From positions 195,488,001 to 195,552,000 of the forward strand of contig NC_086097.1 of NCBI RefSeq assembly GCF_963921235.1: a stretch of DNA of 64,000 bases, written 5' to 3'. A program made the position numbers and the translations under genes. This DNA comes from Mobula hypostoma. Its lineage: Eukaryota. The notes beneath the pieces are model-generated. The model made no database searches. It was given only the letters and a program-made list of their open reading frames with translations, and had not been told where the DNA came from. Below are positions 24,690-37,205 of this stretch, in pieces (within the stretch, counting starts at the first letter, position 1; each line of letters opens with the position of its first letter).

Positions 24690-25250
24690 ATGCGTTTCTA
24701 CCAAAGGAAGTGTAAAGGCGCTCCCGCAGATCATCCTTGGACAAAGTGTAGATCCTTGGACAAAGTGTAGATCCTTGGACAAAGTGTAGTACCTTGGACA
24801 AAGTGTAGATCCTTGGACAAAGTGTAGATCCTTGGACAAAGTGTAGTACCTTGGACAAAGTGTAGATCCTTGGACAAAGTGTAGATCCTTGGACAAAGTG
24901 TAGATCCTTGGACAAAGTGTAGTACCTTGGACAAAGTGTAGATCCTTGGACAAAGTGTAGATCCTTGGACAAAGTGTAGATCCTTCTTAGCACCCGATCA
25001 GGCTGACATGAAGCCATGGGAGCAGGTGGTGGATGGTTGTATGAGCAGCTGGTACATATCACAAGTACTGGTTATACGACCACTGGAACCAGGCAGACAA
25101 TCTCTGAAGAGTATTGATAATGGCTGGGGTCATTCATCTTGTAAAGACTCTGTCCAGAAGAAGGCAATGGCAAACCACTTCTGAAGAAGAATTTGTCAAG
25201 AACAATTCGCCTACATCATACAACGCGGCTCATAATAATGATGATGGTAA
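24690..25250 (+). mobile_element. RTE-related non-autonomous element (SINE-like)
   Basis: AGAAGAAGGCAATGGCAAACCACT resembles the RTE/Bov-type motif; the element ends in an ATAATAATGATGATG tail. Confidence 0.5.
24735..24981. repeat. Minisatellite, 13 x 19 bp (CCTTGGACAAAGTGTAG-AT/TA)
   Basis: Counted directly: 10 units end in AT and 3 in TA; there are no spacers. Confidence 0.97.
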
Positions 25251-26019
25251 TAATCTTCTGCAACAAAATTCAATTATCTTGTACACTATATGTTTTAATT
25301 CTGCTGTGAATTAAATCAGTCAGAGATTATTTTAGTTCCTAAGTAGTCATTAGTTGTAGGTGATAATGGTTTGTAAATATCCTACAATTCTGCACTAACA
25401 TAGTGAAACTAGATTTCTTTTCTTCTATGTTTCCAAATCTTGCCCTTGCCCTTGCCCCCTCAATTTGAAAGTCTAACCTTCTCAGTATAATTGGATAAGG
25501 AGCTCTTAGCCTGTGCATCAAATGGCATGAGGTTATGGTGGAGACTACCATTTTAACAGTTTACAAATGCAGTATATGTACACTGATGGTTCTGAGCACT
25601 ATATTGTTTATTTAAATATAAATTTTGAATGTTGATTGGTTTGCATAGATTGAATTTAACTAAATTAGATCTGAGAATTCATCAGCCTTTCAGCAGCTGC
25701 AGGCAGGGCTGACTTGAGACGACTGCAAGAAATTGTACATGCTAGATCAAAATTCCAGAGCAAAATGAAATGTGAATGCTAGTCAGACAAACTACATATT
25801 AAAGGTGGCAGCAAGTCCTTCACCTTCATCATCAATGAACACATTAGTTCAGTTCTTACATCTATGATTAAACATATTTATTAAACAATGTAGAAGTAAG
25901 ATAGTGAGTATGACTAAAACTTTACACAGACTTGCTGAGGAAATGCTTAAAAAGACAACATACTAACATAAGAGGAAAGGTTTAGTAGACTGTCTATATT
26001 CCCTAGGTTTTAGAAGCAC

Positions 26020-26640
26020 AGATAGTGAATAGTGGAACAGGTATGGGAGAACAGATGGATGTGGTGTATTTGGATTTTCATTCAGCTTTGAATAAGGTCC
26101 CACAAAAGAGATTTGTTAACAAATTCAGGGCACAGAGAACTGAGGTAAATATACTCATCTTGATTGAAAATTGGTTTGTCAGAAAGCAAGGAGTGGAATT
26201 AAACAGATCTTTTTCAAGTCAGTAGGATATTATTACTGGAGTATTGTAGAGGTTGATGCTTGTGTCCTACCTATTCCTGATTTGGTTGAGGGACCAAATA
26301 TCATATTATCCATATTTGCTGAAGATAAAATAACTAATCTACAGTCTACTCAGCTTCCACATCTTTCCTAATTTACTAAATGCTTGCAGAGCTCAACAGG
26401 CTGAAAACAGATGATGATTCACTGGTTGGAGAGTCCATAACACATGGTTACAGTTTGAGAATAAGCAGAGGACTATTTACAGCCAAGATAAGGAGGAATT
26501 TCTGTACTCATTTGGTGAAGAATTCACTGCACCAAAAAGCAACAGAGGATCAGTCAATGATTGCTATAAAAAAAACCAAGATCAATAAATCATGAAATAT
26601 TAAGGGAATAGGAGTTTGTAAGAACAGTAAAAGAAAATAC
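26020..26640 (+). mobile_element. Old CR1 fragments
   Basis: MDVVYLDFHSALNKVP (RT) and THGYSLRISRGLFTAKIRRNF (C-terminus). Confidence 0.7.
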
Positions 26641-26654
26641 TACTAAGCTAGAAG

Positions 26655-26895
26655 GGCAGCATAGTGGTGCATGGTAAACATTGCCATCTCACAAATCAAG
26701 AGACCCAGATTCAGTCAGTACCTTGGATGCTGTCAGTGTGGAGTTTACAGGTTCTCCTTTTGACCATGTGGTTACCATTCAGGACCTCGGATTTCTTCCC
26801 AGACACCGAGGCTGTGTTGGTTTGTGTAGATGGGTGCTTGATGGTCAATGTGGACATAGGGGGCCAACAAACCTGATTCCATACTGTGTGACTCC
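26655..26895 (+). mobile_element. V-SINE-like SINE, degraded
   Basis: tRNA-like head GGGCAGCATAGTGGTGCATGGT followed by TGTCAGTGTGGAGTTTACAGGTTCTCC. Confidence 0.55.
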
Positions 26896-27610
26896 GAGAT
26901 CAGGCATAATCAAAATGAATGGCAGGCACACTTACAGAAAACAATGACCTACTTTGATTCTTTTTCTTTTGCAGCCTTGAGAGAGATGCAGGGGTATTGT
27001 TTCCCTGGCTAAACATTTGTAATCTGGGATCCCATTTTTTTAGAAGTGTTATATTATTTGCTTACAACATAAAAAGCCATTTGCTGATTCACAGAACAAT
27101 CTTATCCTCCCACTAATTTTTCCTGTAGCCTATTATCTATACACCATACTAACACTCTGCAGCTTCTACCACTGATGTTCGCACTAGGTTATTCCGGTGC
27201 TTAAGAAAAGACCTAAGATTAAACCAGGAATTATAGGCCGGTGAGCCTGTAGTGGGTAGATTTTTGGAAGAATCTTTAAGCTTAAGGGACTGGATATGTG
27301 AACATTTGGTTAGACAGGGACTGATTAGGGATAGTCAGCATTTCCCATTGTGCATGGTAGGTTTTGTCTGACCAGAGCTTTTTAAGGATGTTACCAGGAA
27401 AGCTGATGAAGGCAAGGCAGTGGATGTTCTCCATATGGACTTTAGCAAGGCCTTTGACAAGGTCACCCATGGGAGGTTGGTCAGGAAGGTTCAGTCGCTT
27501 GGCATTCAAGGTTGTAATTTAGATTAGACATTGGCTTAATGGGAGAAACCAGAGAGCAGTAGTAGATGGTTGCCTCTCTAACTGGAGATCTGTGACTAGC
27601 AGTGTCCTCA

Positions 27611-28715
27611 AAGTGGATAGGGCATTGGCTGATTGGCAGGAAACAGAGTGGGAATAAAGGGATCCTATTTGGTTGGCTGACGGTTACCACAGGTGTTCCA
27701 CAGGAGTCCATGTTGGGGCCGCTTCTTTTTATGTTGTACTTCAACGATTTGGATTACGGAATAGATGGCTTTGTGGCTAAGTTTGCTGATGATACGAAGA
27801 TAGGTGGAGGGGCCAGTAGTGCTGAGGAAACAGAGTCTGCAGAGAGACTTGGATAGATTGGAAGAATGGGCAAAGAAGTGGCAAATGAAATACAATGTTG
27901 GGAAGTGTATGGTCATGCACTTTGGCAGAAGAAATAAAAGGGCAGACTATTATTTAAATGGGGAGAGAATTCAAAGTTCTGAGATGCAACGGGACTTGGG
28001 AGTCCTCGTGCAGGATACCCTTAAGGTTAACCTCCAGGTTGAGTCGGTGGTGAAGAAGGCAAATACAATGTTGGCATTCATTTCTAGAGGAATAGAGTAT
28101 AGGAGCAGGGATGTGATGTTGAGGCTCTATAAGGCACTGATGAGACCTCACTTGGAGTACTGTGGGCAGTTTTGGTCTCCTTATTTAAGAAAGTATGCTG
28201 ACATGGGAGAGGGTACAGAGGAGATTCACTGGAATGATTTTGGGAATGAGAAGGTTAACATATGAGGAACGTTTGTCTGCTCTTGGACTGTATTTGTTGG
28301 AGTTTAGAAGAATGAGGTGGGACCTCATAGAAACATTTCAAATGTTGAAAGGCATGGACAGTGGATGTGGCAAAGTTGTTTCCCACGATGAGGGAGTCTA
28401 GTACGAGAGGGCATGACTTAAGGATTGAACGGTGCCCATTTAGAACAGAGATACGAAGAAATTTTTTCAGCTAGAGGATGGTGAATCTATGGAATTTGTT
28501 ACCACAGGCGGCAGTGGAGGCCAAATCATTGAGTGTGTTTAAGGCAGAGATTGATAGGTATCTGAGTAGCCAGGGCATCAAAAGTTATTGTGAGAAGGCA
28601 GGGGAGTGGGACTAAATGGAGAATGGATCAGCTCATGATAAAATGGCGGAGCAGACTCGATGGGCCGAATGGCTGACTTCTGCTCCTTTGTCTTATGGTC
28701 TTCTGGTCTTATGGT
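27611..28715 (+). mobile_element. 5'-truncated CR1 nested in an older CR1
   Basis: GVPQESMLGPLLF..FADD; TCTTATGG-type tail; CTCA repeated at both junctions. Confidence 0.85.
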
Positions 28716-29038
28716 CTCAGGGACTGGTGCTGGGTACTTTGTTGTTTGTCATCTATATCAATGATCTGGGTGATAATGTGGTAAACAGGGTCAGCAAATT
28801 TGTGGAGGACACTCAGATTGGGGGTGTAGTGGAAAATGAGGAAGGCTATCATGACTTGCAGCAGGATCTGGACTAGCTGGATAAATGGGCTGACAAATGA
28901 AAGATGGAATTTAATTCAGACAACTGTGAGGTGATGTATTTTGAAATGACAGACCAAGGTAAGACTTGCATTGTAAGCAGTAAGGTAGATCTGGGAATAC
29001 AGGTCCATAATTCCTTGAAAGTGGAGTCAGATATAGAT

Positions 29039-29884
29039 CATTGAATTGAATTGACTTTATTACTTACATCCTTCATATACATGAGGAATAAAGATCTTTA
29101 CGTTACATCTCTGTCTAAATGTGCAATGTGCAATTTATAGTAACTTACAATAAATAGTATGTACAACAGGACATTCAATATACTGTAACATAGAAATACA
29201 GTTGTGAGAACATGAATTAATCAGTCTGATGGCCTTGTGGAAGAAGCTGACACAGAGCCTGTTGGTCCTGGCTTTTATGCTGCGGTACCATTTCCCAGAT
29301 GGTAGCAGCTGGAACAGTTTGTGGTTGGAGTGACTTGGGCCCGCAATGATCCTCCGGGCCCTTTTTACACATCTATCGTTGTATATATCCAGAATACTGA
29401 GAAGTTCACATCTACAGATGCTCTGGGTTGTCTTCACCACTCTCTGCAGAGTCCTGCGATTAAACGAGGTACAGTTCCCATACCAGATAGTGAATTGTGC
29501 CTCTGTAGAAAGTTTTTAGGATTTGGGGGCCCATACCAAACTTCCTCAACCTTCTGAGGTGAAAGAGGCACTATTGTACCTTTATCACCTCACAGCTGGT
29601 ATGTACAGACCATGTGACATCCTCGGTGATGTTTATACCGAGGAACTTAAAGCTGTTCACCCTCTCAACCCCAGATCATTGATGTCAATAGGGATTAGCC
29701 TGTCTTCATTCCTCCTGTAGTCTACAACCAGTTCCATTGTTTTCGTGACATTGTGGGAGAGGTTGTTTTCTTGACACCACTGTGTCAGGGTGATGACTTC
29801 TCTGTAGGCTGCCTCATTATTATCTGAGATTAGGCCAATCAGTGTAGTGTCGTCAGCAAGTCATGGGTTATACAGAGAGTAGAG
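29039..29884 (-). mobile_element. Rex1/Babar LINE 3' portion nested in CR1
   Basis: LFQLLPSGKWYRSIKARTNRLCVSFFHKAIRLIN; (TTCAA)n tail on the minus strand; TATAGAT at 29032-29038 and 29885-29891. Confidence 0.8.
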
Positions 29885-30540
29885 TATAGATAAGGTCAGA
29901 AAGAACTCATTTGATATATTGCCCTACATAAATGAAAGTATTGAGTACAGGAGTTGAGATGGTGAAGTTGTTTAAGACATTGGTGAGGCCTAACTTGCAG
30001 TATTATGTGCAGGTTTGGTCATCTACCTACAGGAAGGATAGAAATAAGACCGAAAGCATGCAGAGAAAGTTTACAAGGATGTTGCCAGGACTTGAGGACT
30101 GGAGTTATAGGGAAAGGTTGAATAGATTAGGACTTTATTCCTTAGAGTGTAGGAGAATGAGGGGACATTCATTAAGCTTGAGGTATACAAACTTGTGAGG
30201 GGTATAGATAGGGTGAATGCCAGCAGGCTTTTTCCAATGAAGTTGGGTGAGACTGCAACTAGAGGTCATAGGTTAAGGGTGGAAAATGAAATGTTTAAGG
30301 AGAACATGAGGGAGAAATTCTTCACTCAGTGGGTGGTAAGAGCTGCCAGTGGATATGGTAGATGTGGGTTTGATTTCAACATTCAAGAGAAGTTTGGATA
30401 GGTACATGAATGGGAGGGATATTGAGGGCTACGGTCCAAGTGCAGGTTGATTTGAATAGACATATTGAGAGTTTGGCCCAGGCTAGATGTGCTAAAGTGT
30501 CTGTTTCTGAGCTGTTGTGTTCTGTCACTCTATGACTCTA

Positions 30541-30730
30541 AGGGCAATTACAATGACCAGTAAACCCTGAAACCCACATTTTTGGGGGAAATGGGAGGAA
30601 GTTGGAGCACACAAAGGAAACCTATGCAGTTGCAGACAGAACATGCAAACTCCACACCCAAGGTCAGGTAGAAGATGTTGTCTGGAGCTGTGACACAAGA
30701 AATCTGTAAGCTGTACTATTTCTCTGCCTC
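30541..30730 (-). mobile_element. V-SINE-like SINE
   Basis: Antisense core GGGAGGAAGTTGGAGCAC..GAAACC..GAACATGCAAACTCCACAC. Confidence 0.6.
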
Positions 30731-33039
30731 TATCGCTGGTCTTTCAGAATTGAGATGAGAGGATATTTCTTCACCCAGATTACTGCAAAAGCTCAGTAAG
30801 TGAGTATCCTTAGCCAAAGGACAAATTGGTGGAAGAACTTATCAGGTTCAGCAAATCTTGTGGGAAGATGGAAGTTGTCAACAGTCTGCATCGTGATCCA
30901 GATTCAGGATGGGATATATTTAAGACAGAGCTGTATCACAAGAAAAGACTGGCAGTCAAGGAGAACAAAAGATTCAAGGATGTGTTCAAAGCTGCCATGA
31001 AAATTGAAAGATTCCCCATTGAGACCAAGGAACTTCTGACCTAACAATACTCAAAGTGGAAAAGGAAGATGGGAGAATTGCACTGAGAACCTTGTGTCCA
31101 TGTGTGGGAAGCCCAGCATAAGTAACAGAAGGAGTTAATCACCCTACAAACTGATCACCCACCTGCCTTATCAGACACCTCCCTCATCATCTGTTGAGGA
31201 GCTGTTGCTTCCCAGCACCACCTCAGAATCCACAAACCTGCAGTGAAAGCAAATTGTATTCATTCTCAAGGGATTCCTGGAAAAGAAGTCTGTCATTCTT
31301 TATTGCCCTCCTGAAAGATTAAGGGAGAGACATTCAAAGCAAAATTGATGACATTTGTCAAATTGGCCGTGAATTGATGTCACGTGAGATTTTGCCAGTA
31401 TAAGTGGGAGATGGAATCACCCTAATGTACATATATGCATATATACAGGGTATTGTTAATTACCTTTTAATTAGCAGTCAGAAATGCAAACTTTCTAGAA
31501 TAATGGGTGCATTAGAGCATATAAGAAGTAATTCATAACTGAATGGCCAATCTAAAAGCAATAGCAGTAATTAACTCGTTAGCATAGTTTGTATTTCAGA
31601 TCGGGATGAATAATCTATAAGCGACATGGAGAAGCAGTGACGAAATGAAGAAACAGTAAAACACGCAGAAAAACTTATGATACTAGAATTGAGAGCCGGC
31701 TGTGACACTTTCTATAGAAACAAGAATAAGGAGCAGCTTAAAAGAGGTCTTTAAATTTGTGAAGGGGTTTGGTATGGAGAACATGTTTTCACAAAGTATA
31801 TCATTAAAAAAAAGGTAGTTACTAATACATCAAAGGGAATTCATGATTGTTTTCATTTGCAAAGAGAATTTGAAATTGGAACTTAGTGACACCTTCAATA
31901 GTGAGTAGTGTTGCTATCTTTAAAAGGACATGAGGCATGTGGATCGAAAGAAGAGAAGGAGAAGAACATGCTAGTAGGGTTCAATGAAGTAGGAGATTCT
32001 CAAAGAGGGCAATTACCAGCATAGATCAAATTGAACTGAGCAATTGGGTTTGAACAGAAAATACCTGTATATGTATTTGGTAAGACATTTCAACAATCTC
32101 TTGAAGACCATTATTCTGAGTGTTGACAGTCAAGACCTTGCGCTGAGTAGCTGGAAAATTGTGATGTTTGATATGTTGGAATACTTAAACAGGAATTGAA
32201 CAGGCAAGCACTCATGCAAATGTACAAGTTCACATGCCCACACACATAGGTTAACGTCAGTGTAACACAAGCAGTATAGGAATAATGAAGATGGTTAAGA
32301 ACTCGTAAAGCAGTAAAGGGAAATGGGAAGATCCCACTAAAGACCAAATTGTCACAGGTGGACAAATTTCACCTCATAATATTTCCATTTAAATCTACAT
32401 ATGAACATAAAAATCTATCTCACTGCATATTTTCCTTTCTTACAAAAAAAGGCAGCAAATGATTGCAATCTGCAACAAAGTTATACCCAAAAGCTTAAAG
32501 CCTGTACATTATATCATTCTAATAATGAAATGGGGTGGTGCATGGTATCTGCCCTTCATATAAATCAAAAGACAGGAATGAAATTATGATTGGTAGAACT
32601 TGTGTATGCAACTGTGATTCACGCAGTGTGAAGCAATAAATATGATACACTTCAAAAATGTGTCATGTGCCATCAAACAGAAATCTTTCACATTACTCAC
32701 AAACAGGGGTTGTTTCCTGAGTCAACCTGAGCAGTAATTTTCCATTGTAACTTTCTTAAACATGAAAGAACCTGTTGAATACAGTCTTTTTATTTCTCCG
32801 TAAAGTTATATCTTGACTCTAAGATCAGCACAAATGATTCCCACTAACAATCCTCAACATATGATTCATCAATATCAAAACCTGAACTAATCACAGGAAT
32901 AAACACTTCAGATGTAGATGAAGATTAAGTGAATCACTTTACACTGGGGAAGAAAGACGATGAGACTGGCAGCTGCAATGCTACGATCCCCGTTGATTCA
33001 CTCTGTAATTCAGAGCTCATGTGGTTAGTTGTGAAATAG

Positions 33040-33385
33040 CTTCAGAAGCCACAACAGGCTCAGAAACAGCTATTACCCTTCAACCATCAGGCTCCTGAAC
33101 CAGCGTGGATAACTTCACTGACCTCAGCTCTGAATTGACTCCACAACTGATGGATTCACTTTCAAGGACTCTACTACTCATGCTCTCAGTGTTATTGATT
33201 TATTTATTTGTACAGTTTGTCTTCTTTCTCACATTGGTTATTTGTCAGGGTTTGTTTGCGTGTAGTTTTTCATTCTTCTATTGTATTTTTCTGTTCTATT
33301 GTGAACGCTTGCAAGTAAATGAATCTCAAGGTAGTATATGGGTGACAAATGTGTACTTTGATAATAAATTTACTTTGAACTTTGG
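33040..33385 (+). mobile_element. Rex1/Babar-like LINE 3' end
   Basis: CTCAGAAACAGCTATTACCCTTCAACCATCAGGCTCCTGAACC plus a tail shared with 3750-4093. Confidence 0.6.
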
Positions 33386-33764
33386 TTAATCACTGCTCCT
33401 TTCAGAGCGGAATGTAACTAATGGTTCACTGTTGCAGATTATTACTCTCTACATATACCAATTGTTCCACATACACATGAGCATTAGCAATTGCAAGCAA
33501 TAAATACAAATTAAATTCCTTTAATCAATGATACAATTAAAACAATAGAGTAAACTTGATGCAAATTTTTAATCCAACTGGAATCCTACTGGATCTAGCA
33601 AAGTACATGGAAATGAAATAGACTCTCAAGGGAATTTATCACCACCAGTTCAGAGTCACGTGCATGTCGTGTGGTAGAATACAAACTGCATGCACCTAGA
33701 AGTACCCCACCAACATGAAACAAAGTAAGGCCAACAGATCCAAGGAAATTATATACTGGAGTTG

Positions 33765-33960
33765 TGCAGTGGCATAGCTAGCAGAGCTGCTGCCTCACAA
33801 CTCCGATGACCTAAGTATTAATCTTGATTTCTAGTGTTATTTGTGTAGAGCTTGCAGATTCTCCCTGGGATTTCCCTGCCCTCATCTCAAAGATTTGATA
33901 AGATGGTAAGTTGCCATTAATGTGTAGGTGAGTGATAGAATCTGCAAGGACTTGGTGCAC
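33765..33960 (+). mobile_element. V-SINE-like SINE, degraded
   Basis: tRNA-like head GTGGCATAGCTAGCAGAGCTGCTGCCTCAC, then TGTGTAGAGCTTGCAGATTCTCCC. Confidence 0.5.
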
Positions 33961-34269
33961 CAACTGCCTTCCTTCTACATCATAAAGAAATTTTGGAATT
34001 AATCTGATAATTCTTATGGAGATGAGATAGAAGCTGTGGAAGACCCATCCACATATCTACAACTGCTCACTTGAGTCTGAAACTTTGCTTTTGGTGGCAT
34101 TTAGCCAAAAATTGCAGAGTGGAAATCAAGACAAAAACAAAAATGCTAGAAGCACTCAACAGATTCGGTAGCATCCATGGAAAGAGATATTGGTAAAATG
34201 TGCCCAAATGGCCAGGTACCAACTGCTAAACACAATGAAAGACAGCACTACACCATAGCCACAACTCAC

Positions 34270-34925
34270 TCAGCGGAAGCAAAGAGTTTCTTAGAGGCAG
34301 ATGGTGAGAACCTGCAACCAGTACTCCCAATGTGTGGAAGATACCCATTTATATAGCTCAGCACATCACGGAAACCAACCTCCACTCTATGGACTCTGTA
34401 ATCACTTCTCAGTGTCTCAATAAGGCATCCAGCATAAACAATGATCCAACCCACCCCTAGCATTTTCTTTTCTCTCTGCTTCCATTGGACAGAAGATACA
34501 AAAGCCTGGAAGGACATACCACTGCGCTCAAGGATAGCCTCGACCCTGCTTTTAGAAGCCAATTAAATGGTTCCCTAGTAGAATCAGAATCTGATTTAAT
34601 ATCGCTGACATATATTGTGATACTTGTTGGTTTGCAGAGCAGTACAGCACAATACACAAAAAAAACATAACTTACAAAAGGAAATAGATTTTTTTTAAAG
34701 TTAAATAAATAATGTAAAAAGAGAGCAAAAATAGCAGGGTAGTGTTCATGGGTTTGTTCATTGTTCAGAAATCTGATGGCGGAGGTGAAGAAATTCTTTC
34801 TAAACAATAGAGTGTGTCTTCAGGCTCCCTGATGGTAGAAATGAGAAGAGGCCATGTCCTGCGTGATGGTGCTCCTTAGTGATGAATGCCGTCGTTTTGA
34901 GGCATCGCCTTTTGAAGATTTTTAG
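34270..34925. mobile_element. Two Rex1/Babar-like fragments, tail to tail (+ about 34270-34580, - about 34581-34925)
   Basis: RRYKSLEGHTTALKDS on the plus strand; FRKNFFTSAIRFLN and a GATTCT-type tail on the minus strand. Confidence 0.6.
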
Positions 34926-35030
34926 CAAGTTTGATCGACTTTTGACATCACAATCTCATTCTGATCTTGTATCTAATTGTTTACATGCACTAAAATTTCT
35001 CTATAACTGTTCCACTTTAAGCTTCATTAT

Positions 35031-35933
35031 TGTAACCGGGTGACCATCGAATCTTATTCATTATTGTTAAAAGTGTACTTAGGCATCCATCCAGGTAATA
35101 CTAGAGTAGTTGTCTGTATCTTTAAGTGGAGACAGTGATGTCATTATGCACGCGCGGGATAGACCATTTTTGTTTTCAGCAGAAGAAGCTGGTGGGGCTT
35201 TGGGATTAAGTTCCTCCCAGAGATATTGGACATGGTGAGGAACGGTGAGTATTAATTGACGATATCTATGTGAATTCGTTTATGTTTATTGGCAAATCGA
35301 GAATATCGGTAATTTGACATGTTTTACATGAGTATGCTTTAGATTTTCATGAGTGAAGGCATCAGCACTGGACAGCGTGGCTTGTGCGAAGTTCCTTACC
35401 GGCCAAGTAGGTCAGCCTTCCTGTAACTTAACTACCAGGCAATATCTTGCAAAAGTTGTGCCAAAGTGTACCCTTTGTCTAACTTTATGGTATCATGATT
35501 GATTGTGAATGTAACAGTGTAACGTGAATGTTTAGTATCTGTTTGGAAGCTTAGCACGTGTGCACTAAAAGGGAGTAGATGTCTTAGATAAGATGTATTC
35601 GCTTAGATTTTTGCTGCTATGTATAAGGTACAGGGTTGGTGGGATTCTAATGTTGTTTGTATTGTGTTCCTTCAGAATTGCCACTACCGTATTAGTTCCG
35701 TATTAGTTTTGTGTGGTTTGTTTTATGTATTTTTATACTGCATACACAATTCGTCAATACACAAGGTTGTGGATCAAAAGTTAAACTGAGATCGTAATAG
35801 CAGGAACTGGTTGTACATTCGTTCGTTTTGTTTTGAGACCCTTTTCCGACACTAGAACATTTAAAACAAATAAAGGAATTAAAACCCGAAAAAGTATTTG
35901 TTTTCCTGGGTGTATACTTTTCCCCAGGCTACA
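35031..35933. mobile_element. Solo LTR (903 bp)
   Basis: Imperfect terminal inverted repeats TGTAACCGGG...CCCAGGCTACA. Flanks are CATTAT and AATTAT. It interrupts a LINE 3'UTR-like tract that resumes at 35934. Confidence 0.65.
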
Positions 35934-36033
35934 AATTATTATTGTTTTACCTTGTTCTACCTCAATGTACTGTGTAATGATTTGATCTGTATGAACAATG
36001 TGCAAGACAATCTTTTCACTCTAGCTCTGTATT

Positions 36034-36412
36034 CACTCAGTGGCCATTTTATAAGGTACCCCCTATACCTAATAAAGTGGCCACTATGTGTACATTCGTG
36101 GTTTCCTGTTGCTGATAGCAGAGATTTTTTTTGTTTGTTTTTTGCCTCATTTTTTGTAAACTCTAGAAACTGTCGTGTGTGAAAATCCCAGGAGATTAGC
36201 AGCTTCTGAAATACTCAACCCTCCCCATCTGACACCAATGATTATTCCACGGTCAAAGTCACTTAGATCACATTTTTCCCCATTCTGAACTTCTTGACCA
36301 TATCTGCATGCTTTAATGCATTGAGCTGAGTTGCTGCTACATGATTGGCTGATTAGATATTTGCATAAATGAGCAGGTGTACAGATGTACCCAATGAACT
36401 AGCCACTGAGTG
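36034..36412. mobile_element. Tc1/mariner-type non-autonomous DNA transposon (MITE)
   Basis: TIRs CACTCAGTGGCCATTTTATAAGGTAC and GTACCCAATGAACTAGCCACTGAGTG; TA on the right flank. Confidence 0.8.
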
Positions 36413-36859
36413 TATATGACAAAAAGAAGCCAATTCTAATTCCGAAATTACACACTGAATCTGTTTCAGAGGGCTCAGTTGAAATCTTTGCTCTTCCCAA
36501 CTTTCTACTCAGAGTTGTACAGCAGGTCCAGGTTGATGGAAGACTCTTGTCTTGTGAAAGTTGACTTGAAGGCCCAGTCTCCCATATGTTTCAGAGGCTT
36601 GGAACTAGGCTACCAATGCAAGTGTTGTCTTGCCTAGTGCGGTTCAGCTATTGAAGTTGGGTTGACTCAGGCTTCTAGACTTTTGATTATTAATTCTTGG
36701 CATGTTGGTATTAATCAAAAGACCATATTGATACAAGAAAATCTGCAGATGCTGGAAATGATGGTCTTGATGAAGGATCTCAGTCCAAAGCATTAACTTT
36801 CAGCATTTTGTATGTATTGTTCTGGGTATCCAGCATCTGGAGAATCTCTTTTGATTATG

Positions 36860-37205
36860 AGGTGACCTTATAAGGTTGATCAAACTATGAAAGGCATTGA
36901 TAAAGTGAATGGTAGCATCATTCTCCCCAGACTAGGTAGAGTCCAGAACAAGGGGCATAGGTTCAGGAAGGGAGGAGAAAGATTTAGACGTGCCCTGAGA
37001 AAATGTTTTTAATGCAGAAGGTGTTGAATCTATGGGACAAACTGCCAGAGGAAGGTTAAGGCTGCTAGAAAAGTATCATTTAAGAAACATTTGGATAGGT
37101 ACATGCAGGGTTGGAGCTCAGGAAATAAGTAGGCACCATGGTCAGCATGGACTTGTTTGGCCAAAGGACCTGTATCTGTGCTCTATTGTTCTGTGACTCT
37201 ATGAG
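36860..37205 (+). mobile_element. CR1-group 3' end fragment
   Basis: GGTGACCTTATAAGG..AGAACAAGGGGCATAGG.. ending in a TGACTCTA tail like that at 30530. Confidence 0.65.

Larger units (their letters stand above)
27190..30540 (+). mobile_element. Older CR1-group LINE split into three parts by two nested insertions
   Basis: RT sequence runs collinearly across 27190-27610, 28716-29038 and 29885-30540 (..QGLVLGTLLFVIYINDL.., ..LVRPNLQYYVQVWS..). Confidence 0.8.

Noticed and set aside
24628..25062. CRISPR-like array, or repeat-protein ORFs (TLCPRIYTLSKDLHFVQGS)n
   Set aside because: The units are contiguous with no unique spacers, there are no cas genes and the context is eukaryotic. The ORFs are only a stop-free reading of the 19-bp repeat.
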